Below, piece after piece: positions 1 to 13,955 of a DNA stretch of 64,000 nucleotides. The DNA is taken from contig OX597823.1 in the NCBI GenBank assembly GCA_951406725.2, forward strand, positions 22,816,001-22,880,000, written 5' to 3'. This DNA is from Octopus vulgaris. Lineage: Eukaryota. How positions within the stretch are numbered: the stretch's first letter is position 1; the number at the start of each line of letters is the position of its first letter. Both the position numbers and the translations under genes were made by a program. The notes beneath the pieces were generated by a model, which saw nothing but the letters and a program-made list of their open reading frames with translations, ran no database searches and was not told the origin of the DNA.

Positions 1-907
1 ATCGCTTTCTTTGACTACAGTTCATTTTCGAAATGTGAGGCTTTGTGCCTAAATCAGATATCCTTTAATTACGTTGCCATGTTTTAATACTTCCTGCTTC
101 ACCAAATTAAATAAGAAGCTTTTTCTGTTGGCTGTTGTAGAGAGATAACTGGACGACGCCATTCTATCAGGTAATACTCCAGATGATTCGGTATTAATTC
201 TTTAACAGCAAGATTAAGTGAGGCAATATAGAGTCAATGGTAAATTAGGCACTTTTATTGTAATGAGCTCAATAACTTTAATTAATTAAGATTATAATCG
301 TATTCAGGAGTGATAAACACTGCTATATAATGCAGAAATCTACCGAAGGGAAGAGTAGCAACACAAAATGAAAACATATTTTTTAATGGGTTGACACACC
401 AAAGTCACAATTAATTAGAATTGAAAATAAGAAATGTGTTGAAGGCTCTGGATATGTTTTGCCTCATTAAACCTCGACGGTGAAGTTTGGTTATTCACGT
501 GTCCGTCACTTTCATAGAGAGAAAGGGATATATGCCTATACAGACACCGCACATACACTTGCATTACAACAGCATAAAAATTAGAACTCAAAAAGTCTCC
601 TAATCAAATGCAGGATGAAACATAGCCCATTTGAACTCGCGATCTACGAGTTAGCTTCTTAATACTTTATCCACTCACCTATTTTTACACAAGCTTCTTC
701 ATCAGAAAATGTAAAACTATGCAATTCAGTTTGTTGTTCATTTATTTAAGACAGTTGACTGAGGTTGAGGGAGAGGCTATGTGGTGAGTCGACCTGAGGC
801 AAACAGTAGCCAGATCTCTCTCAACCATACCATACTGTCTTAAAGACCGAAGGACACACAAATTTATATTTATCATATTAGTAAAAGATTTATTATGTTA
901 TAAAATA

Positions 908-1558
908 CAGTGTTCGGGTTAAATTTGACGATATTTTATATCTTTTTTTTTTTTTTTACAAAAGCAGCTTAATGTGTTAGTGAACTGTCAACGACGTTGG
1001 AGATTAAAGCTGTAGTTGAGAAAAAGATAGCTGACATGGGGGACTGGAAATCATCTGAATATTTGAAAAGAGTTACCTGTATCACGATGCTTCACGCCGG
1101 CTGCCATTGCTGCTGATCAATGCTGTGGATTGTAGGACATTACATGAATAGTTGCAACGGAGATAACGAAGCCCTCGGCAGAAAGAGACATGGCAAGCGG
1201 TTCTGACTGCGTCTGTACGCCGGAATTCAACACCACGTCTTTGAGAAAAGACACCAACCGCTCTGCCTGCAACACCAAGGTCGAGCTTGGGACCAAGATC
1301 AAGGAAGTGTTCGAAGATCTTCCCAGGGATGCAGTGAGGAACGTATTCACCAAGTTCCGGAGCCATCTTGAGGTCGTGGTTGAAGGTGGTGGCGGAAGTT
1401 TGAGTAAACTGCTATCTCCCAGCCATAATCCAGTTGGTATTTTTGATATTTTAAAAAATACTTTTATTTTTGGATGAGATATGTTTTCGGTCTTTTCTTT
1501 TTTTAGTTTTTTAGTTTTTACCTTTATGCGAAATGACAAATTTATCCTGAACACCCTG
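908..1558 (+). mobile_element. Internally deleted Tc1/mariner-superfamily (maT/DD37D-like) DNA transposon
   Basis: TA-flanked imperfect TIRs: left CAG--TGTTCGGGTTAAATTTG versus reverse complement of right CAGGGTGTTCAGGATAAATTTG. N-terminal-like KRVTCITMLHAG..RKRHGKR(S)DCVCTPEF is fused to C-terminal-like NTKVELGTKIKEVFEDLPRDAVRNVFTKFRSHLEVVVEGGGG; the catalytic domain is missing. Confidence 0.7.
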
Positions 1559-2009
1559 TATGTTATTTGTATGCACTTAGAAAAGAGACTGTCATCATAT
1601 TTTCCAGCTCTGCATGATGGTATATTACCAACAGCAACAATTTCCTCCCTTTTGTCTACTGGTACCAACTTTACAGATGTGGAAATGAAGATTACTTTTG
1701 TCAATTCCACTAAGCTATTACTGGTAGTAATATACCGTCTCGCTGAGATTCGAGCCACCGTTCGGAGGAAACCTCTGTTATGTTGTTTTATGACCCGGAT
1801 CACAACAATTTAGGCAGTACTGCAGTTTGGATATCCATTTCACTGCTCTGGCTAACTCCTGCATTCTCACGCAATTGTATGGATTTTTATCTTGCTGCTG
1901 AGCATATTATGTAAAGACGAGATAGTGAGTCGGTTGCGCGTGCACCTCTGCACATTAGGGCGAAGGTACGAAAGATACACACTTTTGTTTATTAACATAT
2001 GTACACATA

Positions 2010-2056
<47 letters not shown>

Positions 2057-2207
2057 AAAGGACAGAAAGATCCAAAGTAATTCCCGGGTTCATACGTCCG
2101 GTTTCCCAGATTCTGTAGGGTATACATTTCTCACCCCTTTATGACGGGGCTACTCATTTTTGCTGCATGGGTGGCTTGGAGCAACGTTGAATGAAGTGCA
2201 TAAGAAA

Positions 2208-2425
2208 AGATGCATCGCTTGGTCTAGGAATCGAAACCGCAATTTTACGATCTTGAGTGGAACATCTTAATCCATGTGCCTCCACTAATGCAAATACACA
2301 ATACCAATTCCTGTCTACCAAAGACTCACGAGGCATTGGCCAACACGACGCGTCAAAAGTCCAACGTAGTAAGATCGAACACAGAAATGAGTGGTTGTGA
2401 CACTAACTTCCTAACCACATAACTA
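2208..2425 (-). mobile_element. Degraded tRNA-derived SINE fragments
   Basis: Reverse complement of 2208-2275 resembles the tRNA-like head at 34135/7283 (GTTTCGATTCC B box). 2305-2425 resembles the 5' part of the SINE at 37645. Confidence 0.5.
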
Positions 2426-3409
2426 TACTAAGTTTCTTGGACTGCGGTCCCAGAGTTAGTACCGGTAAGTGAATATAATGTCACAAACAGATTATCTGAT
2501 TATTTACTTTTTCACAACCTGCGTCCAACAAAAATTTCATGAAATTGCATTATAAGAGTTTGCACTTCATATGTTGATATAGTCTGAGTTTGAGTTGATC
2601 AATATTTTAAAGAAAATTTCTAGTTTCCTAATTCATCTGCGAAAACCACACGATAGCGTTTCTTCATTCTGTTCTATTTATGTTGGAGAAATTTTCCATA
2701 AAGTAGTCCTTTAAAATAACATCGTTGCTATAGAAGTGAAATATTTTTTTTCAAAGACTGAGAGAACATAAAGTGACTGCAAGGGAAAGTATGAAAATGA
2801 CAGGCAATTAGAAGTGAGGTAGAGAGAAAGGGATGAGGAGTGAGAGGGAAGAGTAGGAGAGAGAAAATAAACGAGAGAAAAAGTGGAAGAAAGAGACTAC
2901 CGAAAGACTGAGCGACAAAACAGAAAGCGAAAGTAGGAGAGAAAAAAAGCGCATATGGGACAGGGAGAGAAAAGGCGAGGAAGAAAGGGAAAGGAGCAGA
3001 GAGAATGAGAATGGTTGAGAAAAACTACGAAGAAACGGAAGAGAACGGAGAAGCACGCACATACTCGAAAGGCAGAAGTCAAAATATGAAACAACAAATT
3101 CTTTGTGTAATTTCCCAACTGGTTTGTCTTCATCAACTTTAATGTCTAAATAACAATTCAACATGACTTAAACATAGAGAAATATTTTACACATCACGAA
3201 ATGAAGACTACATTTATGTGAATATTTACCTCACCAGCCCCCGCCTTACACTTCGAACCCCACTGAGAGAACTATTGATGTCTGTTCTAAATGTTCAGGT
3301 ACTTTCATACTCATTATTTCAATGTCTCTCCCATCTTTCCCTCTCGCTTCTTATCCAATTCCTCTATCAACTCACTCACACACACATTTATGAATACATA
3401 TATATGTAT

Positions 3410-3410
3410 G

Positions 3411-3469
<59 letters not shown>

Positions 3470-3495
3470 GTGTATGTGTATATATATATATATAT

Positions 3496-3575
<80 letters not shown>
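3410..3575. repeat. Compound (TA)n/(TAGA)n microsatellite
   Basis: Directly visible. Confidence 0.95.
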
Positions 3576-4038
3576 CATGATCAACGAATTGAAAATAAAA
3601 ACCTCCCTATTTTGACAAACAGTTTATACATTCTTATTCATAATATTGCAAACAAGCATAAAACAAAACCGAAGCCAACTAATTTGTTCACGGAAACATG
3701 AACGCATCCTTATCATAAATAATGCAACGAATTATTATGAACCAATCAAAGAAAGTAAAGCCCAAACCGATCCAAACAGAAGAAATAATAGAAAGAACAA
3801 ACCCATGCCGATGACTATGGAAGGACAGATATGATCATATACTACAGTTCTCACCTGTCCATTGCGGAAGCATGAAACTCGAATCAAGTAAAAGAACATT
3901 TGAAAGGAAACTGCGCATTTGGTTTTCTCTTACGCATTTGTATGAGAAAACTCAATGCACACACGCACGCATACACACAAATGCACACTTACACATGCAC
4001 ATTCATTTACACACACACACACACATATATACATATAT

Positions 4039-4074
<36 letters not shown>

Positions 4075-4078
<4 letters not shown>

Positions 4079-5052
4079 TTATAAATGAGGGTGAAAAATT
4101 TGATATTAATTTAATAATACCATCAATTTAAAACCAAGTGGCTTATCACATAAAACCCAGGGAGACAATACAAATTTATACATAAATATAAGAGAGTGAC
4201 CACTATGTGGTTAACTCTAGTGCTAAAAATAGCTCCGTTACTGGTATAGCCACAAAAAGATGTTTCCAAGAAGAAATAACATTACATTTAACGTAAGGAA
4301 AGTGAAATATAACGAAAAAGTAGATTAACCCTGAACAATTGTTTCATTATTAATGTAATATGCAATTTTAATTACATAACATCTATAAATCATCGGCAGA
4401 GGTTTGTCTTAAATACAATTTATTAGACCTTCACGAGCGTCAAATACACGTATGGTTTAACCGATTGTATTCGTAGTTATGATTCAAATTCTTGAAAACA
4501 TTTTTTTGTGGCTATACCAGTAACGGAGCTATTTTTAGCACTAGAGTTAACCACATAGTGGTCACTCTCTTATATTTATGTATAAATTGTATTGTCTCCC
4601 TGGTTTTTATGTGCTAAGCCACTTGGTGTTAAATTGATGGTATTATTAAATTAATATTAAATTTTTCACCCTCATTTATAAATTTATAAATTTAATTATA
4701 CTGCAGTATTCGTTTCCATTGAGTCTTATCATGCTTTTGGCGGGGGAATTTGAATCATAACTACGAATACAATCGATTAAGCCATACGTGTATTTGACGC
4801 TCGTGAAGGTCTTATAAATTGTATTTAAGACAAACCTCTGCCGATGATTTATAGATGTTATGTAAATAAAATTGCATATTACATTAATAATGAAACAATT
4901 GTTCAGGGTTAATCTATTTTTTCGTTATATTTCACTTTCCTTACGTTAAATGTAATGTTATTTCTTCTTGGAAACATCTTTTTGTGGCTATACCAGTAAC
5001 GGAGCTATTTTTAGCACTAGAGTTAACCACATAGTGGTCACTCTCTTATATT

Positions 5053-5060
<8 letters not shown>
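4075..5060. mobile_element. Penelope-like pseudo-LTR remnant with nested inverted duplications
   Basis: 4491-4685 is the reverse complement of ~4075-4268 and 4746-5060 is the reverse complement of ~4177-4490. Flanked by (TA)n on both sides; carries a hammerhead-like motif in both orientations. Confidence 0.7.
4834..4910 (+). ncRNA. Type I hammerhead-like motif (U4C variant); antisense copy at 4327-4404
   Basis: Stem I CUCUG/CAGGG, core CCGAUGA, long AU-rich imperfect stem II, GAAAC-AAUU-GUU (palindrome AACAAUUGUU). Confidence 0.6.
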
Positions 5061-5098
<38 letters not shown>

Positions 5099-5242
5099 AT
5101 TAACCATCACGATGAATTTCACGCTCCCTAACTTCATAGGAAAAGCACACAAGAAAATAGACACGATAAAGAATTTTTAAAAATACGAAAGCATCCAAAA
5201 GAGTGTTAAGAACTCTTGCAATATTTTAGAGAGATAGATAGC

Positions 5243-5276
<34 letters not shown>

Positions 5277-5526
5277 AAGAGACAGTCAGACAGAGACACA
5301 GCGAGACACACAGAGAGAAAGAGAGAGATTATTTTCCTGCGTTTTGTATGTCTGGGTCAACAGAACAGGTAGGTGGGTTGGGGAATTAGTGGGTGTATGT
5401 ATAAACCGTTCATCCTGATACTACATGGAAACACAAAATGACAGTTGCTTCAGGGAAGAGATGGTATACATGCTAGAAATGAAAGCTAGAGAATATAATG
5501 AAATCGTTAATTTTTATGGTATAATA

Positions 5527-5748
5527 TTGGTTTCAAATTTTGGCACAAGGCCAAGAATTTGGTAGGTGGGGGAGTGCCAGTGGTTTTCATCGACTCCCAG
5601 TGTTCAACTGGTACCTAAATTATTAACTCTCGAAAGGATGAAAGGCAAAGTCGACCTCGCTGGAATTTGAACCAAGAACATGCAAACAGACGAAATACCG
5701 CAAAGCATTTTGCCAGGCACGCTAACGATTCTGCCAGCTTGCCGCCTA
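5527..5748 (-). mobile_element. tRNA-derived SINE family S2 (CORE-like central domain)
   Basis: Reverse complement matches 29650 and 52175 (GGCGGCRAGCTGGCAGAATCGTTAGC...GTTCAAATTCC...GAGGTCGACTTTGCCTTTCATCCTTTCG). Confidence 0.85.
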
Positions 5749-6644
5749 CTTTTTATGGTATAATATTGTCTTCAAATTAAGCATAAAAATTAACAAAGCA
5801 AAGGAGTTCTTTAAGCCATTCTTTGACATTTTCCTTTCGAAGAGACAAAACTGCTAATATTAAAATATTACTTGATTAATCGTGGGCCACACACAACCAT
5901 ATTTTTATGGAAGTTATACAACCAGACTCCGGTGTTATTGTTCTTAAAAAAAAGATACGAGTACTTATCGCCCAACAGAGTCCCAATAGCTTAAATCTAA
6001 AGTCAAAACTTTTAAATTCCTGTAAATACTCATTAACTTACTTTACACTTGAATTTCTTTCTTTTGACTGGACACAACTTCTGTACAATTTTGCATTTAT
6101 TTTGATAGTTTTGAAGAGTTCTTGCCACTTCCGGCCTTTCCTACATTCTTATGTATTATATACCATTACTTTGTACCTATTTTCGACTGAATATGCTTTA
6201 CCAACATTTTATCATCACTTAATTTTCATTTTTACTGCTACTTGATATATTTTTATTATCAAATTACGTTCCTATTATTTATTATTAAATTACATTTCAA
6301 CAGATGTTTTTAAGACCGATCATATATTTTTGGTGCGCAATTCCATGTTTTCGTATTTTGACTCAGGTATGTGTGTGTATGTATGTGGCGTCCTTGTACT
6401 TGCGGGAATCTATACATGCGTAAGTCAGAACATGAGAGTATGAAAATTTGAGCGCAAGTGTTTGCAAGTATGATTATGCATGCATATATGTATGCATGTA
6501 TTTGATTGAACTTCTATATATATTCGTGTATATGTGTATATACACGTGCGAGTGTAAAAGCGCGTGTGTGTGTGTGTGTATGTGTGTGTGTGTTGCACTG
6601 TATGCATGTATCTATCTGTTTGTCTATCTATTTATCAATATAAC

Positions 6645-7000
6645 AAAGGGTAAAATTAATTAATTAAGAAGTAATCAATAATTTCACCAAGTAGAATTCG
6701 GCATGAAAAAAGGACCATTTCACAGTAAACTTAAGTAATACTTAATAATTAGGGTTCAGCAAAGATTTGCTTTACCACATACCGAAGTTTAGAAATAGCA
6801 GCCAAAAACCTTAGCTATTTCTTCTACTTTAAAAAGGGACTCCCAGAGAAACCAAAATACCTGAAAACAATCCACACAGTTTCTCTGAGAGTCCCTTTTT
6901 AAAGTAGAAGAAATAGCTAAGCGTTTTGGCTGCTATTTCTAAACTTCGGTATGTGGTAAAGCAAATCTTTGCTGAACCCTAATTATTAAGTATTTATCAA
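6645..7000. mobile_element. Fold-back (inverted) repeat, probable Penelope-like terminus
   Basis: ~6736-6851 is nearly identical to the reverse complement of ~6879-6993, with a ~27-nt spacer; lies between simple repeats. Confidence 0.6.
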
Positions 7001-7054
7001 TATATATATAGGTATTATTAGGTCTGTGTGTATATAGATATATACATACATACA

Positions 7055-7109
<55 letters not shown>

Positions 7110-7282
7110 AGAACCCAATAAGGTTCGAAAATTTATTGTTGTTCAGCATTTTTCCAGTCTGCGGAGAAATGGCTAAAATTTTCCGTTTATAATCATAAAT
7201 CATTTATAATCATACAGTGTTAGCCAAAAGTCACCTAACAGTAAATCAAAACCCATTTAATTGCAAGATTTATCTATGTATT

Positions 7283-7527
7283 GTGGAGGCGCAATGGCCG
7301 AGTGGTTAGGGCAGCGGACTTGCGGTCGGAGGATCGCGGTTTCGATTCCCAGACCGGGCGTTGTGTGTGTTTATTGAGCGAAAACACCTAAAAAGCTCCA
7401 CGAGGCTCCGGCAGGGGATGGTGGTGATCCCTGCTGTACTCTTTCACCACTCTAAAGGCGGTGCTCCAGCATGGCCGCAGTCAAATGACTGAAACAAGTA
7501 CAAAAAAAAAAAAAAAAAAAAAAAAAA
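7283..7527 (+). mobile_element. Chimeric SINE: S3 tRNA head + S1 3' tip + poly(A)
   Basis: A box TGGCCGAGTGG and B box GTTTCGATTCC; head matches 41262. 3' part AAGGCGGTGCTCCAGCATGGCCGCAGTCAAATGACTGAAACAAGT matches the end of the 37645 SINE; followed by an A26 run. Confidence 0.8.
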
Positions 7528-7938
7528 TGTTTAACAACTGGATGAATTTCATAAAAGCATCTAAACCTGAAACGTGATGAAAATTGTTGAAACTGAAGTC
7601 TTGAGCGACACATTTTAACTATTCAAGTCAATACAGAATTAAAGAATTACGGTTTTTGAATATTTCTTAAATGGCTTATAAACACCTTCCGCGCTGCAAT
7701 TGCTTTCGTTCCAGCACACGATCTGAAATCAAGTCACTTGCTATGCAAGTACATCTCCGTAATATATATATATATATACGAATTGGATAGCCATGAAACG
7801 ATCGTAGTGTTATACTAATTATCTTTTTTTAATAATTTTGATATATATTTAAAATAATATAAATTAATTAATCTTATGTATTGGCTTAAGTTTTTCATTG
7901 TATGATTTGCCTAATAGTGGTTTTATCTCTAATTTAAT

Positions 7939-7990
<52 letters not shown>

Positions 7991-7993
<3 letters not shown>

Positions 7994-8245
7994 AGGGTGC
8001 GGTGAATATAATGTCGTCTAAATTACACAGAAATGAAAATAATACTGACATCTCATTTTAACAGATATATTTACCAAAATAGCATGAAAATATCTTGAAA
8101 TACTAAAGAGTTAATTTATTCAATAAAATAACCACTGGCTTCAACCATGGCCTCCAGACGACTTCGGATCTCTTGGAACTCTTCTGGACGGTCTCCTTGC
8201 TTAAGTTGGTGAATGTTGCCATAATCCATGCCTTCAGTTCATTTT
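7991..8245 (-). mobile_element. 3' end of maT/DD37D-like transposon
   Basis: Minus strand reads ELKAWIMATFTNLSKETVQK..RSRLEAMVEASGYFIE*, followed by a TIR-like AGGGTGCGGTGAATA next to TA. Confidence 0.65.
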
Positions 8246-8563
8246 AGGTGTTACAAGGAGTTTTGTTGGTCTCTCGCGTAAATGCGCCTCACAAATAATA
8301 ATCAAGGGGGTTGCAGTCTGTGTGTGTGCGTATATATATAAAAAAAAGTCCTGGGGTCGATTTGTTCGACTAAACCCTCCAAGGCGGTACTCCGGCAAGG
8401 CCGCTGCCAAGTGACTGAAAAAGTTTTTAAAATGTATATAAATATATGTATGCTTGTGTGTGCGTGTGTGCGTGCGTGTGTGTATGTGTGTGTGTATGTA
8501 CACGTACATACATATATACATACAGATACGTACACGTGTTTGTATGAATCAATAAAATTTAAG

Positions 8564-8612
<49 letters not shown>

Positions 8613-8619
8613 TGTGTGT

Positions 8620-8669
<50 letters not shown>

Positions 8670-9180
8670 AATAAATTAAGCTGAAAATGCATTTAACTGG
8701 TTTCTTATTTTTTTCATTTTCAAAAGGTGTGAGTTTTGAGGAACCTGAAATTACGTCGCACACTATGTCGTCTGCGAGACAGCTCAAAAGTTCCTTAAAA
8801 CTGGTTCTTTTGGAAATCAAACAAATGTGAAGCCGGTTAAGTGTACGAATTTTAATTTAAATTAATCTTCAAATATACTCTCTGTGCATTTTCAACTTTA
8901 TTTATGTCTTCTGCACTACTACTTGTATGGATTATTAATGGTTTATATATTCATACACATACACGAGCGCGAGCGAACGCACGCGCACACACACACATAC
9001 CCCTACACGCATTAAGAAATGGAGAAACAGAATATATCCCAATACATATGTATACATACAGCTATACATATATATATAAATTATATGTATGTATGCATAT
9101 GCATACACACACATATGCATGTGTATACGTGTTTATATGTATACACATACAAAGTACATATAAATAAGTATATGTATATA

Positions 9181-9256
<76 letters not shown>

Positions 9257-9322
9257 CAAGATATATGAACATGCATATGTGTATGTATATATAAACATAT
9301 ATACACATATGAACATAAATAC

Positions 9323-9399
<77 letters not shown>

Positions 9400-9492
9400 T
9401 ATATATAAATATATATATATATTCATATATACATATATGTATATATATATATATTCATATATATATATATGTATATGTATATATATATATAT

Positions 9493-10327
<835 letters not shown>

Positions 10328-10349
10328 ACACACATAAATATATCCATAC

Positions 10350-10413
<64 letters not shown>

Positions 10414-11192
10414 GTGGGTACCAAGTCGTTATTCCTTTCTGTTTCATTTTAGTTCATTAACCGTTACTAAATTGTTAATTCGCAATGCAGGCATAAGAAA
10501 AATCAATGATTTCGATACGTAGGCGCTTGAAATTAAATGCGAAATATCATTTATAGTGCTACTGTAGATACATACATACATGCCTACATACATACATAGA
10601 AGCATACTTACATGCATACATACATGCATACGTGTATGGTTTATGTATGTATATGTATGTATGAATGCATGTATGTCTGTATTATGTATGTGCGTGTTTA
10701 TGTGGGTGTGGAAAGTGTGTGTTTACACAGATGTGTGTGTGTGTGTGTGCATGTGCGTTTATATTTACATCAAGATTGTTATCTGTTATCGTCTTTTTAC
10801 TGGTGTAAAAAGAAAGCACAAATATTGACTTGGATTTTGAGATTCTTTTAGAAGTTCCCAATAAAAGATAGGATAAGCATTCGCCAAACACTATGCACAT
10901 TACAATACATTCCACGTGATAAGTAGACCAGACAAAGAGCAGATTTAATCTCAGAACAATTGTTCTTCTTGTTATTCTTAAAAGACTGCTTTACACATAT
11001 TCCCGCTAATCTGAAATTTCCTTTTAGATGTGATGTGTTTGTTTTGTGCGCTGGTGGAGGATAGAGTGGGAGTGGCGTTGACGAGGTACATCTGCGCTTT
11101 GGTGTGTGATACAAGAACACAAGGACAACATGCATATATTATGTATGTATGTATGCATGTATGTATGTATGCATGCATGCATGTATGTATAA

Positions 11193-11242
<50 letters not shown>

Positions 11243-11249
11243 GTATATA

Positions 11250-11420
11250 TAGGGATAATTCACAAAAAGAAAAACAAAAGACGAAGGCTGGTGGTGTAGA
11301 CAACAAACATGTATTAGTTTAACGTTCGGGAAGTGAAAAAGTCTTTAACGTTTCGAGCCTACGATCTTCCACAGAAAGGAACACAGAAAGAAACAAGGAG
11401 AGAAAATAAAGAATGTGTAG
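11250..11420 (-). mobile_element. Short HHR-bearing repeat family B (HHR 11343-11378)
   Basis: Homologous to 12203-12412, 13087-13281 and 59645-59765. Minus strand CUUU-CUGUGGA-A-GAUC-GUAG-GCUC-GAAACGUU-AAAG; ends at (TA)n. Confidence 0.75.
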
Positions 11421-12040
11421 TATGTATAAATGTATGTATGTATATGTATATTGATATATGTATGTATGGATGGATGGATGGATGCATGCATGCATGCATG
11501 TATGTATATATAAAAGTATGTATGTGTATATATATATATATATACACATATACATATATGTATGTATAACTGTATGTATGCATGCATGCATACATGTGTG
11601 TATATATGTATATAATTTAAGCAAAATTGAACAAAGTGAAAAACTCCGAGTAGCCAGTTGCATGTATTTGAACAATGTTAACAAATATAGGTGTATCAAA
11701 TATCATACAACATAAATTCATGATACATGAAAATTATTTCAAGACGACAATTATTCCAACTTATCTCCAGTACCCAAAGGGACACAGACTTACACAAAAA
11801 AAAGTAAAGCGCATTTATACTTTGTTTTCGTTATTTTTCATCCTGTTTTACATATGTGAGTTACATGTATATGTTATAGGTGGAGTTTTATTTGTAGAAA
11901 ATAGAAAGAAGCGGTCTTTAACTGCTATTTCTAATTTTTCGGTATGTAGGTAAGCAACCTGTTGTTTACCCGACCGCGTGTGTACCGTTTGCGATGTTTT
12001 TTCCTCCGTCTTCCCTTCCTTGGATCTTTCTTTTTCCTAT

Positions 12041-12075
12041 GTTTCTGACGAAGAGCTCCGCTCGAAACGTTAAAT
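12041..12075 (+). ncRNA. Minimal type I hammerhead ribozyme, canonical core (within family B-related element ~11960-12180)
   Basis: GUUU-CUGACGA-A-GAGC-UCC-GCUC-GAAAC-GUU^AAAU: stems I and II form; stem III is only the palindrome AACGUU. Confidence 0.75.
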
Positions 12076-12202
12076 CCTCCTTCTTTGTTTCCTTTCCTTA
12101 GTGTCCAGTAACACTAAACCTGTTCCACGTCCTCGCGTTGTTGTGTTTTCTCTTTGTGTTTTCATGTTTGGATTAACTTTATATATATATATATATATAT
12201 AT

Positions 12203-12412
12203 CGCCATGTTGATTCGCTAGCTTCTGCACGCATTTTTTTCTCTCCTTGTTTCTTTCCGTGTTTCTTTTCTGTGTATCTTTCTGTTGAAGAGCGTAGGCT
12301 CGAAACGTAAAGGACTTGTTTTATTTATATCCCTGAGCGCCATACTAATACAATTGTTTGTTTGTATTCCACCTGCCTTCATCTTTTGTTTATTTTCATA
12401 AAGCTTCCCGTT
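12203..12412 (+). mobile_element. Short HHR-bearing repeat family B (HHR 12278-12313)
   Basis: CUUU-CUGUUGA-A-GAGC-GUAG-GCUC-GAAACGUA-AAGG; bounded by (TA)n on both sides. Confidence 0.75.
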
Positions 12413-13086
12413 ATATATATATATATACAGACTTTTTTCAGTTTCATTCTACCAAATCCCTTCATAAGGCCCTCGTCGGTCTGTGGCTATAGTAAACGAC
12501 ACTTGCTCAAGGTACCATGTCTGATTTGTATATTTAATTTCTATTTATGTACCAAGATGTTTAATATACATCTACAAACAAAAAAAACAACAGGTACCAT
12601 TTGATTGGTCATTGTTAGCTCCATATCAAAACCAGCAGGTGATGCATGTCAGAATGGACATCATCGGGAAGATAAGCAACCACTGAATAATTGACTGAAC
12701 AACAATACCGCCCACTGAATTACAGTTAAAATCCAAGCGACTAACTTCCATAGGGTTTCTGTCTATCTAACTGCACTTATAAGCTTGTGCATCACTGATT
12801 TCAGTGACAAAGATTACGTCCTACATCTACAACCAAACTACATACAATATTCTACCGTTTATATTAAATGTTTAAATTATTATTAACAGCACCAACAATG
12901 CTCGTCTACACGGTGGTCAATGATTTCGATATGCGGTGTCCACATAGGGTCTCTACTGTTGGAGCATACATATATGTATGTACGTATGAACCAACATATA
13001 TACATGAATACATGCATACATACATACATACATACATACATACATACATACATACATACATACATACATACATACATACATACATA

Positions 13087-13281
13087 AAGGGAAAGTTTAC
13101 GAAAATAAACAAAAGACGAAGGCAGGTGGAGTACAAACAAACAAATGTATTAGCATAGCGCTCAGGAATAGAAAAAGTCTTTTACATTTCGAGCCTACAC
13201 TCTTCGACAGAAAGATACACAGAAAAAAAAACAAGGAGAGAAACAAGGAGAGAGAAAAATGCAGTAGGAGCTAACGATCTA
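13087..13281 (-). mobile_element. Short HHR-bearing repeat family B (HHR 13179-13214)
   Basis: Minus strand CUUU-CUGUCGA-A-GAGU-GUAG-GCUC-GAAAUGUA-AAAG; flanked by (CATA)n. Confidence 0.75.
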
Positions 13282-13514
13282 TACATACATATGAACGAAA
13301 GGATGTCATTAGAGAAAAAATTGGCTGCTATTTTTAGCTAGTTTACCACGTTCTGGCCAGAAGGGGGTGGACTTCGCGGGGTTGAAAATGTCCAAGACTC
13401 GTTCTATGCCATGACACGTCTCCTGCGACTCTTCTGGTATCCAGGGCCGCGAGCACTGGACAAAATGCCATACGGTATATGTTTCGGCTCTTTTAGTTCT
13501 GGCTTCAAATCCTG

Positions 13515-13955
13515 TCGAAGTCAACAATGCTTTTTATCCTTGTCCTACGAAGAAAGGCTGAGAACGCTCGACCTTTATTCTCTTGAAAAACGCCGCCGCC
13601 GTGGTGATCTCATTCTCGCCCACAACATTATAAGCGGAAAGTGTAACCTCTCGAAAGAACTGTTCTTCACTCCTGCTCCAGAGCGTCGGCTGCGGGGTCA
13701 TTCCGAAAAGCTCTACCTGCGACGATTTCATCTCAATCGAAGAGAGGAGCTTTCTCCGTCCGGGTTGCGAATCCGTGGAACAAGCTGCCAGACGAGATGG
13801 TGAAGATGCCGACGACCGCTTTGTTCAAAGCCTCCCTGGACCTCAAGTGGCCTGAACTCTTTACATGAACACCCTGTACTTAACTCCATGTCCCCCTACA
13901 TGGCCTTGCAATTTGCTTTTGAGCCAAATTAACTAACTAACTAACTAACTAACTA
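13515..13955 (+). mobile_element. CR1-type LINE 3' fragment
   Basis: LSYEERLRTLDLYSLEKRRRRGDLI..RLRGHSEKL, then a frameshift to FSVRVANPWNKLP..FKASLD; (TAAC)n tail. Confidence 0.88.

Noticed and set aside
1117-1803. 228-aa minus-strand ORF
   Set aside because: Runs antisense across a transposon end and flank; no recognisable domain.
7283-7360. tRNA gene-like sequence
   Set aside because: Continues into a SINE body, repeated at 41262; no proper acceptor stem.
8727-8832. Plus-strand acceptor + short open frame; similar at 17439 and 29879
   Set aside because: Isolated splice-like signals without good donors or a consistent chain.
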